Shown here piece by piece: positions 45,438-55,261 of a stretch of 64,000 nt of DNA (position 1 is its first letter; the number at the start of each line of letters is the position of its first letter). The translations under genes were made by a program, and so were the position numbers. This stretch comes from Deltaproteobacteria bacterium. Lineage in GTDB: Bacteria; Myxococcota_A; Polyangia; Fen-1088. The stretch covers positions 288,001 through 352,000 of the forward strand of contig JANRKS010000019.1 of the NCBI GenBank assembly GCA_033763315.1. The letters are read 5' to 3'. Below the pieces are notes generated by a model that saw only the letters and a list, made by a program, of their open reading frames with translations, did no database searches and was not told the DNA's origin.

Positions 45438-47045
45438 ATGCCTTCGATTTCGGATCTCAACTACCGCAACCAATTCGTGGAAGCGCTGCCCGGCGATCCA
45501 CGGCAAGACAACGCCACCCGCCAGGTGTTCGATGCGTGTTACTCACGTGTCACGCCCACGCCTGTGCCGGCGCCCAAACTGCTGGCGCTGGTGCCTGAGG
45601 TGGCGGCGTTATTGGACTTGGATAACGAACCGTCAGAGACCCTCGTTTCCGTGTTGGCGGGCAACTTGGTTTTGCCGGGCATGAAACCATACGCCGCCTG
45701 TTATGGCGGTCATCAATTCGGCAATTGGGCGGGTCAACTGGGTGACGGCCGCGCGATGACGCTGGCCGAAGTGGTGAACGCGCGGGGCGAAGCCTACGAG
45801 ATCCAACTCAAAGGGGCAGGGCCCACGCCATACTCGCGGCGTGCGGATGGGCGAGCGGTGTTGCGTTCGTCGCTTCGTGAATTGGTGTGCAGCGAAGCGA
45901 TGTTTCACTTGGGCGTGCCCACAACGCGCGCCTTGTCTCTTGTGGCCACGGGCGCCCCGGTCGAACGCGACATGCTTTACGACGGCAACCCGGCCTATGA
46001 ACCAGGCGCGATCGTGTGCCGAGTGGCGCCTTCGTTCTTGCGGTTTGGTAACTACGAGATCCACGCGGCCCGCAAAGATCACCAAACGCTTACGACGTTG
46101 CTGCAATACACACTGCACAACCATTACCCACAGTTCATCGCCGACGGGCCAGAGGGCAAGTTGATGGATCTGCCCGGCCTCCTTAGAGAGGTCTGCCAAC
46201 GTACGGCCACGATGCTTGTGCACTGGATGCGCGTGGGGTTTGTTCATGGCGTGATGAACACGGACAACATGTCGATCCTAGGCCTCACGATCGATTACGG
46301 GCCATACGGCTGGGTGGAGCCGTTCGATCCCAACTGGACGCCAAACATCACCGACGCCCAGGGCCGGCGTTATCGTTTTGGCGCGCAACCTCGCATCGCG
46401 TTTTGGAACCTGCTGCAGCTTGCGGGGGCGTTTGCTTCGCTCGGCGGTGAAACCGCGGCTTTTGAAGACGCGTTGAGCGTCTACCGCGAAGAGCTGGAAC
46501 GGCAACACCGTCAGATGATGTTGGGCAAGTTGGGCCTTACAGAGCGCGTGGACGCCACGGAGGACGACGACCGCTTGATTGCGCAACTCGTGCAAGTGCT
46601 GGTGATGGTGGAAACCGATATGTCGATCTTCTTTCGCAAGTTGGCGGATCTGCCCCTGCAGGCGAACGAATTCCAACCGCACGCCGCGCTTCACAATTTG
46701 CGCGAAGCTTACTACGCGCCTGACGAAGTTACGCCCGCGCAGAACGAAGCACTTGTGGCATTTCTGCAGGCTTATGGCGCGCGTATCACGCAAGAGGCTG
46801 CGCCAGCGGACGCCGACAGGCGTGCACGGATGAACGCGGTTAACCCGCTCTATGTGCCGCGCAACTACGTGGTCCAGCAGGTCATCGATAAAACGGAAGC
46901 GGGCGATACTCAGGCCCTGACCGAGCTTCTCGACGTGCTTCGCCACCCCTACACAGCGCAGCCCGGCCGCGAAGCTTTCGCAGCCAAGCGGCCCGAATGG
47001 GCGCGCCACAAGCCGGGGTGCTCCATGCTGTCCTGCAGCTCGTGA
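45438..47045 (+). CDS. selO: Protein adenylyltransferase SelO (YdiU)
   Basis: YGGHQFG..AGQLGDGRA, QLKGAGPTPYSR..DGRAVLRSS.RE, HGVMNTDN, IDYGP, C-terminal CSMLSCSS. Confidence 0.96.
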   Translation: MPSISDLNYRNQFVEALPGDPRQDNATRQVFDACYSRVTPTPVPAPKLLALVPEVAALLDLDNEPSETLVSVLAGNLVLPGMKPYAACYGGHQFGNWAGQLGDGRAMTLAEVVNARGEAYEIQLKGAGPTPYSRRADGRAVLRSSLRELVCSEAMFHLGVPTTRALSLVATGAPVERDMLYDGNPAYEPGAIVCRVAPSFLRFGNYEIHAARKDHQTLTTLLQYTLHNHYPQFIADGPEGKLMDLPGLLREVCQRTATMLVHWMRVGFVHGVMNTDNMSILGLTIDYGPYGWVEPFDPNWTPNITDAQGRRYRFGAQPRIAFWNLLQLAGAFASLGGETAAFEDALSVYREELERQHRQMMLGKLGLTERVDATEDDDRLIAQLVQVLVMVETDMSIFFRKLADLPLQANEFQPHAALHNLREAYYAPDEVTPAQNEALVAFLQAYGARITQEAAPADADRRARMNAVNPLYVPRNYVVQQVIDKTEAGDTQALTELLDVLRHPYTAQPGREAFAAKRPEWARHKPGCSMLSCSS

Positions 47046-47062
47046 GCTCTCAGGGCTTCGAA

Positions 47063-47102
47063 AACAAAAACGCCGCAGTCAACTGACCGCGGCGTTTTTG
47101 TT
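47063..47102. terminator. Bidirectional intrinsic terminator between selO and tRNA-Val
   Basis: aacaaaaacgccgcagtca / tgaccgcggcgtttttgtt inverted repeat with A and T tracts on either side. Confidence 0.85.
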
Positions 47103-47103
47103 G

Positions 47104-47175
47104 TGGGCGATGCAAGGGTCGAACTTGCGACTTCCACCGTGTGAAGGTGGCACTCTGCCACTGAGTTAATCGCCC
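47104..47175 (-). tRNA. tRNA-Val (anticodon CAC); CCA not encoded
   Basis: GGGCGATTAACTCAGTGGCAGAGTGCCACC-TT-CAC-AC-GGTGGAAGTCGCAAGTTCGACCCTTGCATCGCCCA; acceptor, D, anticodon and T arms all pair. Confidence 0.96.
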
Positions 47176-47280
47176 GAAACCGCCCGGCAAGTGGCCTTGC
47201 GGGGCAGGGGAAGTGAATTAATCCGAAACCGCGAAGCTGTCAATGGGCAGGCGTCGTTGTGTTGGCACCCACCCACCAAA

Positions 47281-48555
47281 TCAATCCAGCAGCTGCTGAA
47301 TCTTGGCCTCAATGGCGCCCACGTCCACCTCGTGCTGCTTTTCCGTCGCGAGGTCCTTTAACGCAAGCTTGCCGCTTTCCAATTCATTGTCGCCCACAAT
47401 CAGAGCCAGGCGCGCCTTCATCTTGTTGGCCCGCTTCAACTGGTTCTTGAGCCCCGTGGGGCGGTGTTCCACCTCGACGCGGATGCCGCGCAGCCGCAGC
47501 TTGTGCGCCATGGGCAACGCCCATTCGTATGCCTTTTCGCCCAAGGGCGCGATGAACAACGACACGGGCGCCTCGAAGCTTTCCGGCGGGTCGGGGATCG
47601 CCAGCAACACGCGTTCCACGCCCATGCCGAAACCCAAGGCAGGCGTTTTGGGGCCGCCCAGCGTCTCGATCAAATGGTCGTAGCGCCCGCCGCCGGCCAG
47701 CGTGTTTTGCGCGCCCAGGTCGCCAATCGTGGCTTTGATCTCGAAGATCACGCCGGTGTAGTAATCAAGACCTCGCACAAGCCGCGGATCGTGCACCGCC
47801 GTGACGCCCAGATCGCCTAGCAGTTTTGTGAACCGCGTGAAGCTGTCTTTGCTCGCTTGCCCTAAGTGGTCGAACAACAGCGGCGCTTGCTCGCACAGCT
47901 TTTGCGTGGCCTCTTCCTTCGAATCCAAAATGCGCAGCGGGTTGGTTTGCAAGCGTCGGCGGCTGTCTTCGTCCAATTGCGCTTCGAATTGCCGGAAATA
48001 AGCTTGCAAGGCGTCGCGGTAGGCGGCCCGCTCGTCCGGCTCGCCCAACGTATTGACCACCACCTGCAAGCTTTGTTGCGGCAAGCCCACCTCTGTGAGC
48101 AACGCCACCAACATCGCCACCACCTCAGCGTCGATGCCGGGCCCGGGCAAGCCAATCACCTCGGCGCCGATCTGGTGAAATTGGCGTAAACGCCCGCGTT
48201 GAGCGCGTTCGTGCCTGAACATCGGGCCCATGTAAAACCACTTGGTGACGGGTTCTTTGTGCCACTGCGCCTGCGCGATATAAGCGCGCACGGCGCTGGC
48301 GGTGCCTTCGGGCCGCAAGCTGACCGAGCGACCATCGCGATCGTCGAATGTGTACATCTGCTTTTCCACGACGTCGGTGGTCTCGCCCACGCCACGTAGA
48401 AACAGGTTGGTGTACTCGAGCAACGGGGTGCGCAACTCCCGGTAGGAAAATGCATCCAGAACCATGCGCGCCCGTTCTTCCACGAACTGCCATTTGGCCA
48501 CGTCCGGGGGCGCGATGTCGTTCATACCTTTAACGGTCGAAGGCGTATCAGCCAT
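47281..48555 (-). CDS. hisS: Histidine--tRNA ligase
   Basis: VKGMND, LRPEGTA, FRHERAQRGRLRQFHQ, LVRGLDYY, GGGRYD, GFGMGVER. Confidence 0.97.
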   Translation of the reverse strand: MADTPSTVKGMNDIAPPDVAKWQFVEERARMVLDAFSYRELRTPLLEYTNLFLRGVGETTDVVEKQMYTFDDRDGRSVSLRPEGTASAVRAYIAQAQWHKEPVTKWFYMGPMFRHERAQRGRLRQFHQIGAEVIGLPGPGIDAEVVAMLVALLTEVGLPQQSLQVVVNTLGEPDERAAYRDALQAYFRQFEAQLDEDSRRRLQTNPLRILDSKEEATQKLCEQAPLLFDHLGQASKDSFTRFTKLLGDLGVTAVHDPRLVRGLDYYTGVIFEIKATIGDLGAQNTLAGGGRYDHLIETLGGPKTPALGFGMGVERVLLAIPDPPESFEAPVSLFIAPLGEKAYEWALPMAHKLRLRGIRVEVEHRPTGLKNQLKRANKMKARLALIVGDNELESGKLALKDLATEKQHEVDVGAIEAKIQQLLD

Positions 48556-48596
48556 GAGAATGGCCGGTTTTAGCAGGTTGTGGCTGCGAAAGTCAG

Positions 48597-49376
48597 CTAA
48601 TCAACGCGCACAACCACCGCGGCCAAACGTGCCAGCAGCGCGCCCAAGGCGGCGTCCACTTCGTCGCGGCCGCGGCCATCAAGCGTCACTTTGACCTGGT
48701 AATCGACGGCGTGAATGTGCGGGTAAGAGCCGATCGACACGGCGGGAAATTCAATCACCACAGCGTCCAGATGGTGCGCAATTTTGCCTTCCGTCTCGTT
48801 GATGTACATGGCCCTTGCGAAGATGGGTGCCGTACGCAGTTGGTCGGCAATTAAGGCGAACTTGCGTTGCAAAATCGACGGCACGCCTGGAAGAACAAAA
48901 ACATTGTGCACCGCCACCACAGGCCACACCGTGGCATTCTGGGGCGGGCCGAAATGCAGCTTCGCGCCCGCGGGTAAGTCCGCCATGCGCAGGTCACGTT
49001 CAGAAAACGACGTGCCAAGTGTGCGCCGAATCAGCTCCGCCATCTCGTGGTTTCGCACCAAAGGCACGCCGAAAGCTTGGGCCACCGAAGGCATCGTGAC
49101 ATCGTCATGGGTGGCACCCACGCCGCCCGCAGTGAATACATGCGTAAAGCGGGCCGAGAGGGACTTTACGGCGGCCACGATCTCGTCGCATTCATCGGGC
49201 ACCACTTCAATTCGCCGGGTCAGCACGCCCAGGGAGCGCAGCGCCTTCACCAAGAAGCGCGCGTTCTCGTCTTCCACTTTGCCCGAAAGCAGCTCTTCGC
49301 CGATCAACAGGATGGCCGCCGTGGGCCCAGCGAGCGGGTGGGCTGAAGCCTTTGTTTGGGAACCCGAGAGCGACAC
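48597..49376 (-). CDS. Molybdopterin-binding CinA N-terminal-like protein
   Basis: IGEELLSGK..DEN, GGVGATHDDVT, FVLPGVP, IGSYP. Confidence 0.85.
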   Translation of the reverse strand: MSLSGSQTKASAHPLAGPTAAILLIGEELLSGKVEDENARFLVKALRSLGVLTRRIEVVPDECDEIVAAVKSLSARFTHVFTAGGVGATHDDVTMPSVAQAFGVPLVRNHEMAELIRRTLGTSFSERDLRMADLPAGAKLHFGPPQNATVWPVVAVHNVFVLPGVPSILQRKFALIADQLRTAPIFARAMYINETEGKIAHHLDAVVIEFPAVSIGSYPHIHAVDYQVKVTLDGRGRDEVDAALGALLARLAAVVVRVD

Positions 49377-49546
49377 GGCCGGGAGAATACTGCACGCATC
49401 GCTTTGTGGCTCGCCGTGCGCTTGCCAAACCGCTGCGCCTGCGTGTCGAAAGCGCGCCCGTGGCCGTCACCCCTCGTTCACTTGACAGGGGCCGCCCCAT
49501 AAGGCCTGATTCAGCCCACCAACCCTTCGTAATCTAAAGAGGTGTC

Positions 49547-50491
49547 ATGTCTAAGCCATTCTCATGTCTCGTCGCCGGCTCGGCTCTGTTCGCTGCATCC
49601 TGTGTAACTGTTTATTCGCAACCAGGCCGGGCCGCGGGCGTGCGCCCCATGAACGTGGAGGTGGCCCAGGCCGACGGGGCAACGCCGGCGCCGATTCCCG
49701 ACGTGGAGGGTGCCGAACACGATCACAACCACGCCGCTGAGTCTGCCGCCGCCGCTCCTGCATCCGTGCAAGGCGAGGGCGTTCACCGCGAACACGCGGG
49801 CGAAAGCTGCCCGCATTGCAAGGGCGGGGGGATGATGATGGGTGGGCACGGCCACGGCGGCATGATGATGGGCGGCGACCCGGAAAAAGCCGGTCCCACC
49901 GATCATCAACGTGTGACTGGGCATTGGGGCATCGAAGCCCGCTCCGTCATTCCCTTGGAGGCTTCAAAGAACAATCCGGATCCCCGCTGTCCCGCGATCA
50001 ATTGCAGGGACGTTAAGTTGATGTCGATCGGCATTCGTCGCTGGCACACGGAACGTTATGCGTACGCCGCGGGCCTCACGCTTGGCCTGGGCGGCGGCAG
50101 CACGGCCGGCACCGGCAGCGGAACGGGCTCGTGGGATACGTACTTCGGCATTGGCCCCAACGTGGCCGCGTATTGGATGTTGTCGCAGTGGAAGCACGTG
50201 ACCGTCAGCGCCACCCCGCAGCTCGGCTTGCTCTATTTTGCGCCTTCGGGCAGCGGCAACAAAACGCTCGCAATCAACGCCGCCGCCAAGGTGGAAGCTG
50301 AAGTCCAATTGGGCTTCATGGGCTTGCCCAATCTTTCTTTGGGCACGGACGTGGGCCTGGGCCTAAATTACACGCATATCGGCAAGGACGACGCGGGCGC
50401 CGGCGGTTATAGCTACTGGACGGTTGGCACCACGGGCCCCAGCAGCTTGTGGGGCTTGGCCACCAACGCCTTCTTGCGGTTCTATCTGTAG
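49547..50491 (+). CDS. Exported protein with His/Met/Cys-rich N-terminal region and C-terminal beta-barrel
   Basis: Lipobox-like FAASC; EHDHNH, CPHC, GMMMGGHGHGGMMMGG; amphipathic strands ending FLRFYL; AGAGG RBS. Confidence 0.65.
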   Translation: MSKPFSCLVAGSALFAASCVTVYSQPGRAAGVRPMNVEVAQADGATPAPIPDVEGAEHDHNHAAESAAAAPASVQGEGVHREHAGESCPHCKGGGMMMGGHGHGGMMMGGDPEKAGPTDHQRVTGHWGIEARSVIPLEASKNNPDPRCPAINCRDVKLMSIGIRRWHTERYAYAAGLTLGLGGGSTAGTGSGTGSWDTYFGIGPNVAAYWMLSQWKHVTVSATPQLGLLYFAPSGSGNKTLAINAAAKVEAEVQLGFMGLPNLSLGTDVGLGLNYTHIGKDDAGAGGYSYWTVGTTGPSSLWGLATNAFLRFYL

Positions 50492-50523
50492 CCACAAACG
50501 CGGCGTCGGGATAAGGTCGCAAC

Positions 50524-51096
50524 GTGCCCTGGAAGCCTCCCCCCGACGCCGTTTTCAATGTTCGCTCTGTTATCCTTGATGGCGTCGCCATGGGCCGTGT
50601 GCTTCGCCGCATGGCCGCTGAAATTGTGGAACGGGCAGGGCCAGATGTGTACCTCGTGGGCATACAAACCCGCGGCGTTCACCTCGCGGCCCGCATGGCC
50701 AAGATCCTTTCGCACGATTCAGATCCGCAGGGCAGCCCGCGGTTGGGCGCGGTGGACATCACCATGTACCGCGACGATTTACATTTCGGCTCGCCCAAGC
50801 AGGAGGTGGGCCCCACGGATCTGCCCCAAAGCATCGACGGTCAAGTGGTGGTGCTGGTTGATGACGTTCTTTACACGGGCCGCACGGTCCGCGCGGCGAT
50901 GGACGTGCTGCTGGATTACGGGCGCCCCAAAGCGATTCATTTGGCGTGCATGGTGGACCGAGGCAACCGCGAGCTGCCCATCCAGCCCGATTTCGTGGGT
51001 GCGAAGGTCACCACGGGCCCCAATGAATCGGTGCGGGTGATGCTTGCCGAGCGCGGGGAAGAAGACCAGGTGGTGTTAAGGGAAAAAGTAGGGTAA
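50524..51096 (+). CDS. pyrR: Bifunctional pyr operon regulator / uracil phosphoribosyltransferase (start uncertain)
   Basis: [43 protein letters not shown]. Confidence 0.95.
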   Translation: MPWKPPPDAVFNVRSVILDGVAMGRVLRRMAAEIVERAGPDVYLVGIQTRGVHLAARMAKILSHDSDPQGSPRLGAVDITMYRDDLHFGSPKQEVGPTDLPQSIDGQVVVLVDDVLYTGRTVRAAMDVLLDYGRPKAIHLACMVDRGNRELPIQPDFVGAKVTTGPNESVRVMLAERGEEDQVVLREKVG

Positions 51097-51106
51097 ACGA
51101 GGCGGC

Positions 51107-52054
51107 GTGAACGCAGCGGGTTTTTCCCACCGACATTTGTTAGGGCTGCAGGGCCTTTCCGCCGACGACCTCACCACCGTTCTTGATCTCGGTGATCGCT
51201 TCTTGGAAGTGGCCGAGCGCCCCATCAAGAAGGTGCCCACGTTGCGCGGCAAGACGGTGATCAACCTGTTCCTTGAGAACAGCACGCGCACCCGCACCTC
51301 GTTCGAGTTGGCCGCCAAGCGGCTTTCCGCAGACGCGGTGAACATTTCAGGCTCCTCGTCGTCAACCAGCAAGGGCGAAACCCTGATCGACACGGCCAAG
51401 AACATCGACGCCATGGCGCCTGATGTGATCGTCATTCGCCACGCACAAGCGGGCTCGGCCAACATGCTGGCCCAGCACACCAACGCGGCCATCGTAAACG
51501 CAGGCGACGGCGCGCACGAGCACCCCTCGCAAGGCCTGCTCGACGCTTCCACCATCCGAGCCCACAAAGGCCGCATCGAAGGCCTCACGGTTTGCATCTG
51601 CGGCGACATTGCCAACAGCCGTGTGGCGCGCTCGAACATCTTTGCTCTGCAGACGCTGGGTGCGAAGGTGCGCGTGGCGGGGCCGCGAACGTTGCTGCCG
51701 CTTGGCATTGAGGAGTTGGGCGTGCAGGCCTTTGATTCCTTAGACGCTGGCATCGAAGGCGTGGACGTCGTCATGATGTTGCGGATACAAATGGAGCGCC
51801 AAGCGGGCGGCCGGTTCCCCAGCACGCGGGAATACTCCCGTTATTTCGGTCTCAACCAGCGCCGCTTGTCGTTGGCAAAACCCGACGCGATTGTGATGCA
51901 CCCGGGGCCCATGAACCGCGGCGTTGAGATCGACCCCAGCATCGCCGACGGCCCGCGCTCGGTGATCCTGGAACAAGTGTCGCGCGGTGTGGCGATCCGG
52001 ATGGCGATTCTTTATTTGTTGGCCGGCGGCAAAGATGCCGAGGCTCACGGGTAG
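51107..52054 (+). CDS. pyrB: Aspartate carbamoyltransferase catalytic subunit
   Basis: ENSTRT, KGETL.DT, NAGDG.HEHPSQ, SRVARSN, MHPGP.NRG. Confidence 0.97.
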   Translation: MNAAGFSHRHLLGLQGLSADDLTTVLDLGDRFLEVAERPIKKVPTLRGKTVINLFLENSTRTRTSFELAAKRLSADAVNISGSSSSTSKGETLIDTAKNIDAMAPDVIVIRHAQAGSANMLAQHTNAAIVNAGDGAHEHPSQGLLDASTIRAHKGRIEGLTVCICGDIANSRVARSNIFALQTLGAKVRVAGPRTLLPLGIEELGVQAFDSLDAGIEGVDVVMMLRIQMERQAGGRFPSTREYSRYFGLNQRRLSLAKPDAIVMHPGPMNRGVEIDPSIADGPRSVILEQVSRGVAIRMAILYLLAGGKDAEAHG

Positions 52055-52112
52055 GCAGGGGTGGAGGCCAGGCGTGTGGCGTCCGGGCACCGATTGGTGG
52101 CCCTCCCCCGCC

Positions 52113-52141
52113 TAGATTCGCTCCAACGAACCTGACATAAT
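52113..52141 (+). promoter_or_regulatory. Candidate sigma70 promoter with extended -10, positioned for a leaderless mRNA
   Basis: TAGATT, 17 bp, TG-a-CATAAT ending 52141; GTG start at 52148. Confidence 0.5.
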
Positions 52142-52147
52142 AGAACC

Positions 52148-52381
52148 GTGAAGTTGATCGAGGAAGCGGCCTCCGCCTTGGGCGACCTGACCCTAACGGA
52201 TCAGCAGCGGACGGCTTTGCTTGCGAGATTGGAAAGACGGTCGAAAGCGGCCGAGATTGCGGGCCATGCTGCCGTTGACGCAGGGGATGTCGAACATGTC
52301 TTGCACAACCTGACGCTTACGCCTGAAAAGCGGCTATCACAGAGCTTTACCCGTGCAAGACTTAGACAGTCTGCCCTTTAG
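52148..52381 (+). CDS. Small helical protein, probable partner of the downstream nucleotidyltransferase
   Basis: 77 aa, C-terminal D...LHNLTLTPEKRL motif; overlaps next gene by 29 bp. Confidence 0.6.
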   Translation: MKLIEEAASALGDLTLTDQQRTALLARLERRSKAAEIAGHAAVDAGDVEHVLHNLTLTPEKRLSQSFTRARLRQSAL

Positions 52382-52817
52382 TGCGGCAGAATATGAGTTC
52401 CTCCGAGCCGCCAGCGAAGCCGGCGTTCCGTTTTTGGTCGTGGGGCTGTCCGCCGCGGTTCTTCAAGGAGCTGACACCGTAACCCAGGACATCGATTTGT
52501 GGTTTCGGTCTGTCTCCGATCCGCGTGTCGCTTCTGCCGCCGTGCGCGCGGGAGGGATCCTGATCTGGCGCACGACCCCTCCACTCATATCGGGCCCTGA
52601 TTTGGACAGAATTGACCTTGTCGTCCATTGCCACGGTTTGGATGACTTTGATTCTGAATTCGCGCGCGCCGTCACGATAGAGGTCTGTGGGATCCCCCTC
52701 AAAGTGTTGCCTCTTGATCGGGTGATCGCGAGCAAGAGGGCCGCAAACCGCGCGAAGGACCAAGCGGTGATGCCCGCCCTCGAGGCCGCCCTGGCAGCCA
52801 CCGCTCAAAAAATTTAG
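52353..52817 (+). CDS. Pol-beta superfamily nucleotidyltransferase (stand-alone)
   Basis: FLVVGLSAAVLQG..VTQDIDLW (G-x-A...T-x-D-x-D), third Asp in RIDLV, C-terminal VIASKRAANRAKD. Confidence 0.8.
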   Translation: MQDLDSLPFSAAEYEFLRAASEAGVPFLVVGLSAAVLQGADTVTQDIDLWFRSVSDPRVASAAVRAGGILIWRTTPPLISGPDLDRIDLVVHCHGLDDFDSEFARAVTIEVCGIPLKVLPLDRVIASKRAANRAKDQAVMPALEAALAATAQKI

Positions 52818-52892
52818 GCTTCAAGCCCGCGCCCCGCGTTGCATGCGCATGGCCATCGGGGTGCCGATCCTGTATCTGTTCCACGGCCCCGC

Positions 52893-54860
52893 ATGATCGC
52901 CACTCAAAACCTGACCAAAGAGTTTGCCGCCCGCGTTCTGTTCGAGGACGTCACGCTGCAATTGAATCCGGGCTCCCGTTACGGCCTAGTGGGCGCGAAC
53001 GGCTCGGGAAAGAGCACGTTCATGAAGGTGCTGTCGGGCGACGAGCCTGCAAGCGCCGGCAATGTGGTGATCGCGAAGCGGGCCCGCGTGGGTGTGCTGC
53101 GCCAGGATCGCTTCTTGGACGACGGCGAGCTCATCCTTGATCTGGCGATGAAGGGCGACGCGCTGGTGTGGAACGCGCTGGCCCAACAAAAAGCGCTGGA
53201 GGACGGCAAGCTCACGCTTGAGCCGGCGCGCATGGCCGAATTGCAAGACGTCATCGCGGCCAACGACGGCTACACGCTTGAGGCTCGTTCAAGCCGCGTG
53301 TTGGAAGGCTTGGGCATTCCTGTTCCTGCGCACCGCCAACCTTTGGGCACGCTTTCGGGCGGCTTCAAGTTGCGCGTGTTGCTTGCGCAGGTGCTGGTGG
53401 GCGGCATGGACGTACTGCTACTCGATGAGCCCACGAACCATTTGGATATTCTTACCATTCGGTGGCTGGAACGCTTCTTGTCGAGCTACGAAGGCTGCGC
53501 TGTGATCATCTCGCACGATCAGCGCTTCTTGAACAACGTGACCACGCACATCTTGGACGTGGATTACCAAACGATCACGCAATACACGGGCAACTACGTT
53601 GCGTTCGAGAAGCAAAAGGCGTTAATCCGCGAACAGAAAGAAGCGTCGATCGAACGCGCCCAAGAAGAGATCGCACGCAAAAAGGCATTCGTCGATCGAT
53701 TCGGCGCGAAAGCCACGAAAGCATCGCAGGCACAAAGCCGGCTCAAGCAGATCGAAAAGATCGAAGTTGAAGAATTGGTGGCATCATCCCGGCGCGCGCC
53801 GTTCCTCAAATTCGAGGCGGTGCGTCCGAGTGGCCGCGAAGTGCTTGAGCTTAACCATGTGAGCAAGGCCTATGGCGATAAGAAGGTCCTGGCCAACGTT
53901 TCAATGACTGTGCGCCGGGGTGAGCGTGTGGCGTTGATTGGTGCGAACGGCTTGGGCAAATCAACGCTGCTGCGCATCGCTGTTGAACGGTTGAATGCCG
54001 ATACGGGCGAGGTGAAGTGGGGCCACGAAACGCACGTGGGGTATTTCCCTCAAGATCACCGCGAAGTGCTGGATCAGCCGAAACAAACGCCGTTTGAGAT
54101 GCTCTATGAATTGTGTCCGCTCGAAAGCATCAGCTTCGTGCGCGGGCAACTGGGGCGCGTGTTGTTCTCGGGCTCCGACGTTGAAAAGCGCATTGATTTG
54201 CTTTCAGGTGGTGAGGCGGCGCGTTTGATCTTCGCGCGCTTGGCGATCCAGAAGCCGAACGTGCTGGTGATGGATGAGCCCACGAACCATCTTGATATGG
54301 AAACGATTCAGGCGTTGATCGACGCGCTGAAGGCGTATCCGGGCACGATCCTGTTTGTGTCCCACGATCGTTATTTCGTGTCGGAGCTGGCAACGCACAT
54401 CGTTGAGATCACTCCCACGGGGTTAAAGGATTTCCCTGGCACGTACAACGAATACCTTGAACGTTGCGGCGACGATCACCTTGATGCCGAAGCGGTGGCC
54501 TTGAAGGCCCGGCGGGCAAAGCAAGAAGCGCAAGCGGCGAAGGTCAGCGGTAACACGGATGCGGCGGGCAATACGCTTTCCTGGGAAGAGCAGAAGAAGC
54601 GCCGCGCGCGCCAGAACCAATTGCCGAAGCTGCGTGACAAAGCGTTGGCGGGCATCGAAGCGGCTGAAGCGCGCAAAAAAGAGATCTCGGAGATCTACTG
54701 CGCCCCGGGCTTCTTCGAGCGCCACACCTTCGACGACATCGCAAAGTTCGAGGCAGAGCAAAAAGCGCTGGAGAAAAAGCTGGAAACGCTGATGGCGGAG
54801 TGGGAGCAAATCGAAACGGAACTGGCCGCCGTGGGCGAGGGCGAGGGCGGAATAGTTTAG
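52893..54860 (+). CDS. ABC-F family ATPase (YbiT-like)
   Basis: Two ABC cassettes (GANGSGKST/LSGGF/LLLDEPTNHLD; GANGLGKST/LSGGE/MDEPTNHLD), YTGNY linker, no TMs, coiled-coil tail. Confidence 0.93.
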   Translation: MIATQNLTKEFAARVLFEDVTLQLNPGSRYGLVGANGSGKSTFMKVLSGDEPASAGNVVIAKRARVGVLRQDRFLDDGELILDLAMKGDALVWNALAQQKALEDGKLTLEPARMAELQDVIAANDGYTLEARSSRVLEGLGIPVPAHRQPLGTLSGGFKLRVLLAQVLVGGMDVLLLDEPTNHLDILTIRWLERFLSSYEGCAVIISHDQRFLNNVTTHILDVDYQTITQYTGNYVAFEKQKALIREQKEASIERAQEEIARKKAFVDRFGAKATKASQAQSRLKQIEKIEVEELVASSRRAPFLKFEAVRPSGREVLELNHVSKAYGDKKVLANVSMTVRRGERVALIGANGLGKSTLLRIAVERLNADTGEVKWGHETHVGYFPQDHREVLDQPKQTPFEMLYELCPLESISFVRGQLGRVLFSGSDVEKRIDLLSGGEAARLIFARLAIQKPNVLVMDEPTNHLDMETIQALIDALKAYPGTILFVSHDRYFVSELATHIVEITPTGLKDFPGTYNEYLERCGDDHLDAEAVALKARRAKQEAQAAKVSGNTDAAGNTLSWEEQKKRRARQNQLPKLRDKALAGIEAAEARKKEISEIYCAPGFFERHTFDDIAKFEAEQKALEKKLETLMAEWEQIETELAAVGEGEGGIV

Positions 54861-54868
54861 GGGTGTCG

Positions 54869-55261
54869 TTACGCACGACCTCCATCGGTCGCCCGCCTGT
54901 AGTGCCTGAGTATGGTTTCATCAGAAGTCAGCAATGGCGCCCCGACGATGTCCGCTGAAGCAACGATCAATCGATCAAAGGGGTCCCGCGTCCAAGAGAG
55001 CTGGCTCGCGCGCTTGGCGACGTCCCCAAACTCGACGCGGGACCTTGCTATCGCCATACGCTCGGTGAGTCCCAACAGCACGTCAGCGGCGTCGGGCTTG
55101 AGCCGACCGATTTCGTGCAGATATTGCAGTTCCAATTCGACGATGGGCGAGTACTGCAAGTCGCCGGTCTCAAGCAGCTTCTTTGCGGGACGCAAACGGC
55201 GCTGGTCGCCGAGCCAAAGCCAAACGATGAAATGAGTGTCGAGATGGACTACGGTCGCCAT
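54869..55261 (-). CDS. vapC: PIN-domain toxin (VapC family)
   Basis: HLDTHFIVW, SPIV.LEL, TRDPFDRLIVA, LLTSD. Confidence 0.9.
   Translation of the reverse strand: MATVVHLDTHFIVWLWLGDQRRLRPAKKLLETGDLQYSPIVELELQYLHEIGRLKPDAADVLLGLTERMAIARSRVEFGDVAKRASQLSWTRDPFDRLIVASADIVGAPLLTSDETILRHYRRATDGGRA

Noticed and set aside
47025-47062. Selenocysteine read-through at the selO TGA
   Set aside because: The protein already ends in the Cys-type CSMLSCSS motif; the TGA follows it as a normal stop, with a terminator rather than a SECIS downstream.
47104-47175. tRNA-Val as an integration site for a genomic island
   Set aside because: No integrase and no duplicated tRNA 3' end found in the window; the flanks are selO and hisS.
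49805-49825. CPHC as a c-type heme or thioredoxin site
   Set aside because: Followed by Lys, not His, and there is no thioredoxin fold context.
52893-54860. ABC-F as an antibiotic-resistance (ARE) factor
   Set aside because: Looks like a housekeeping YbiT/Uup-like ABC-F; no leader peptide or extended ARD linker is evident by eye.
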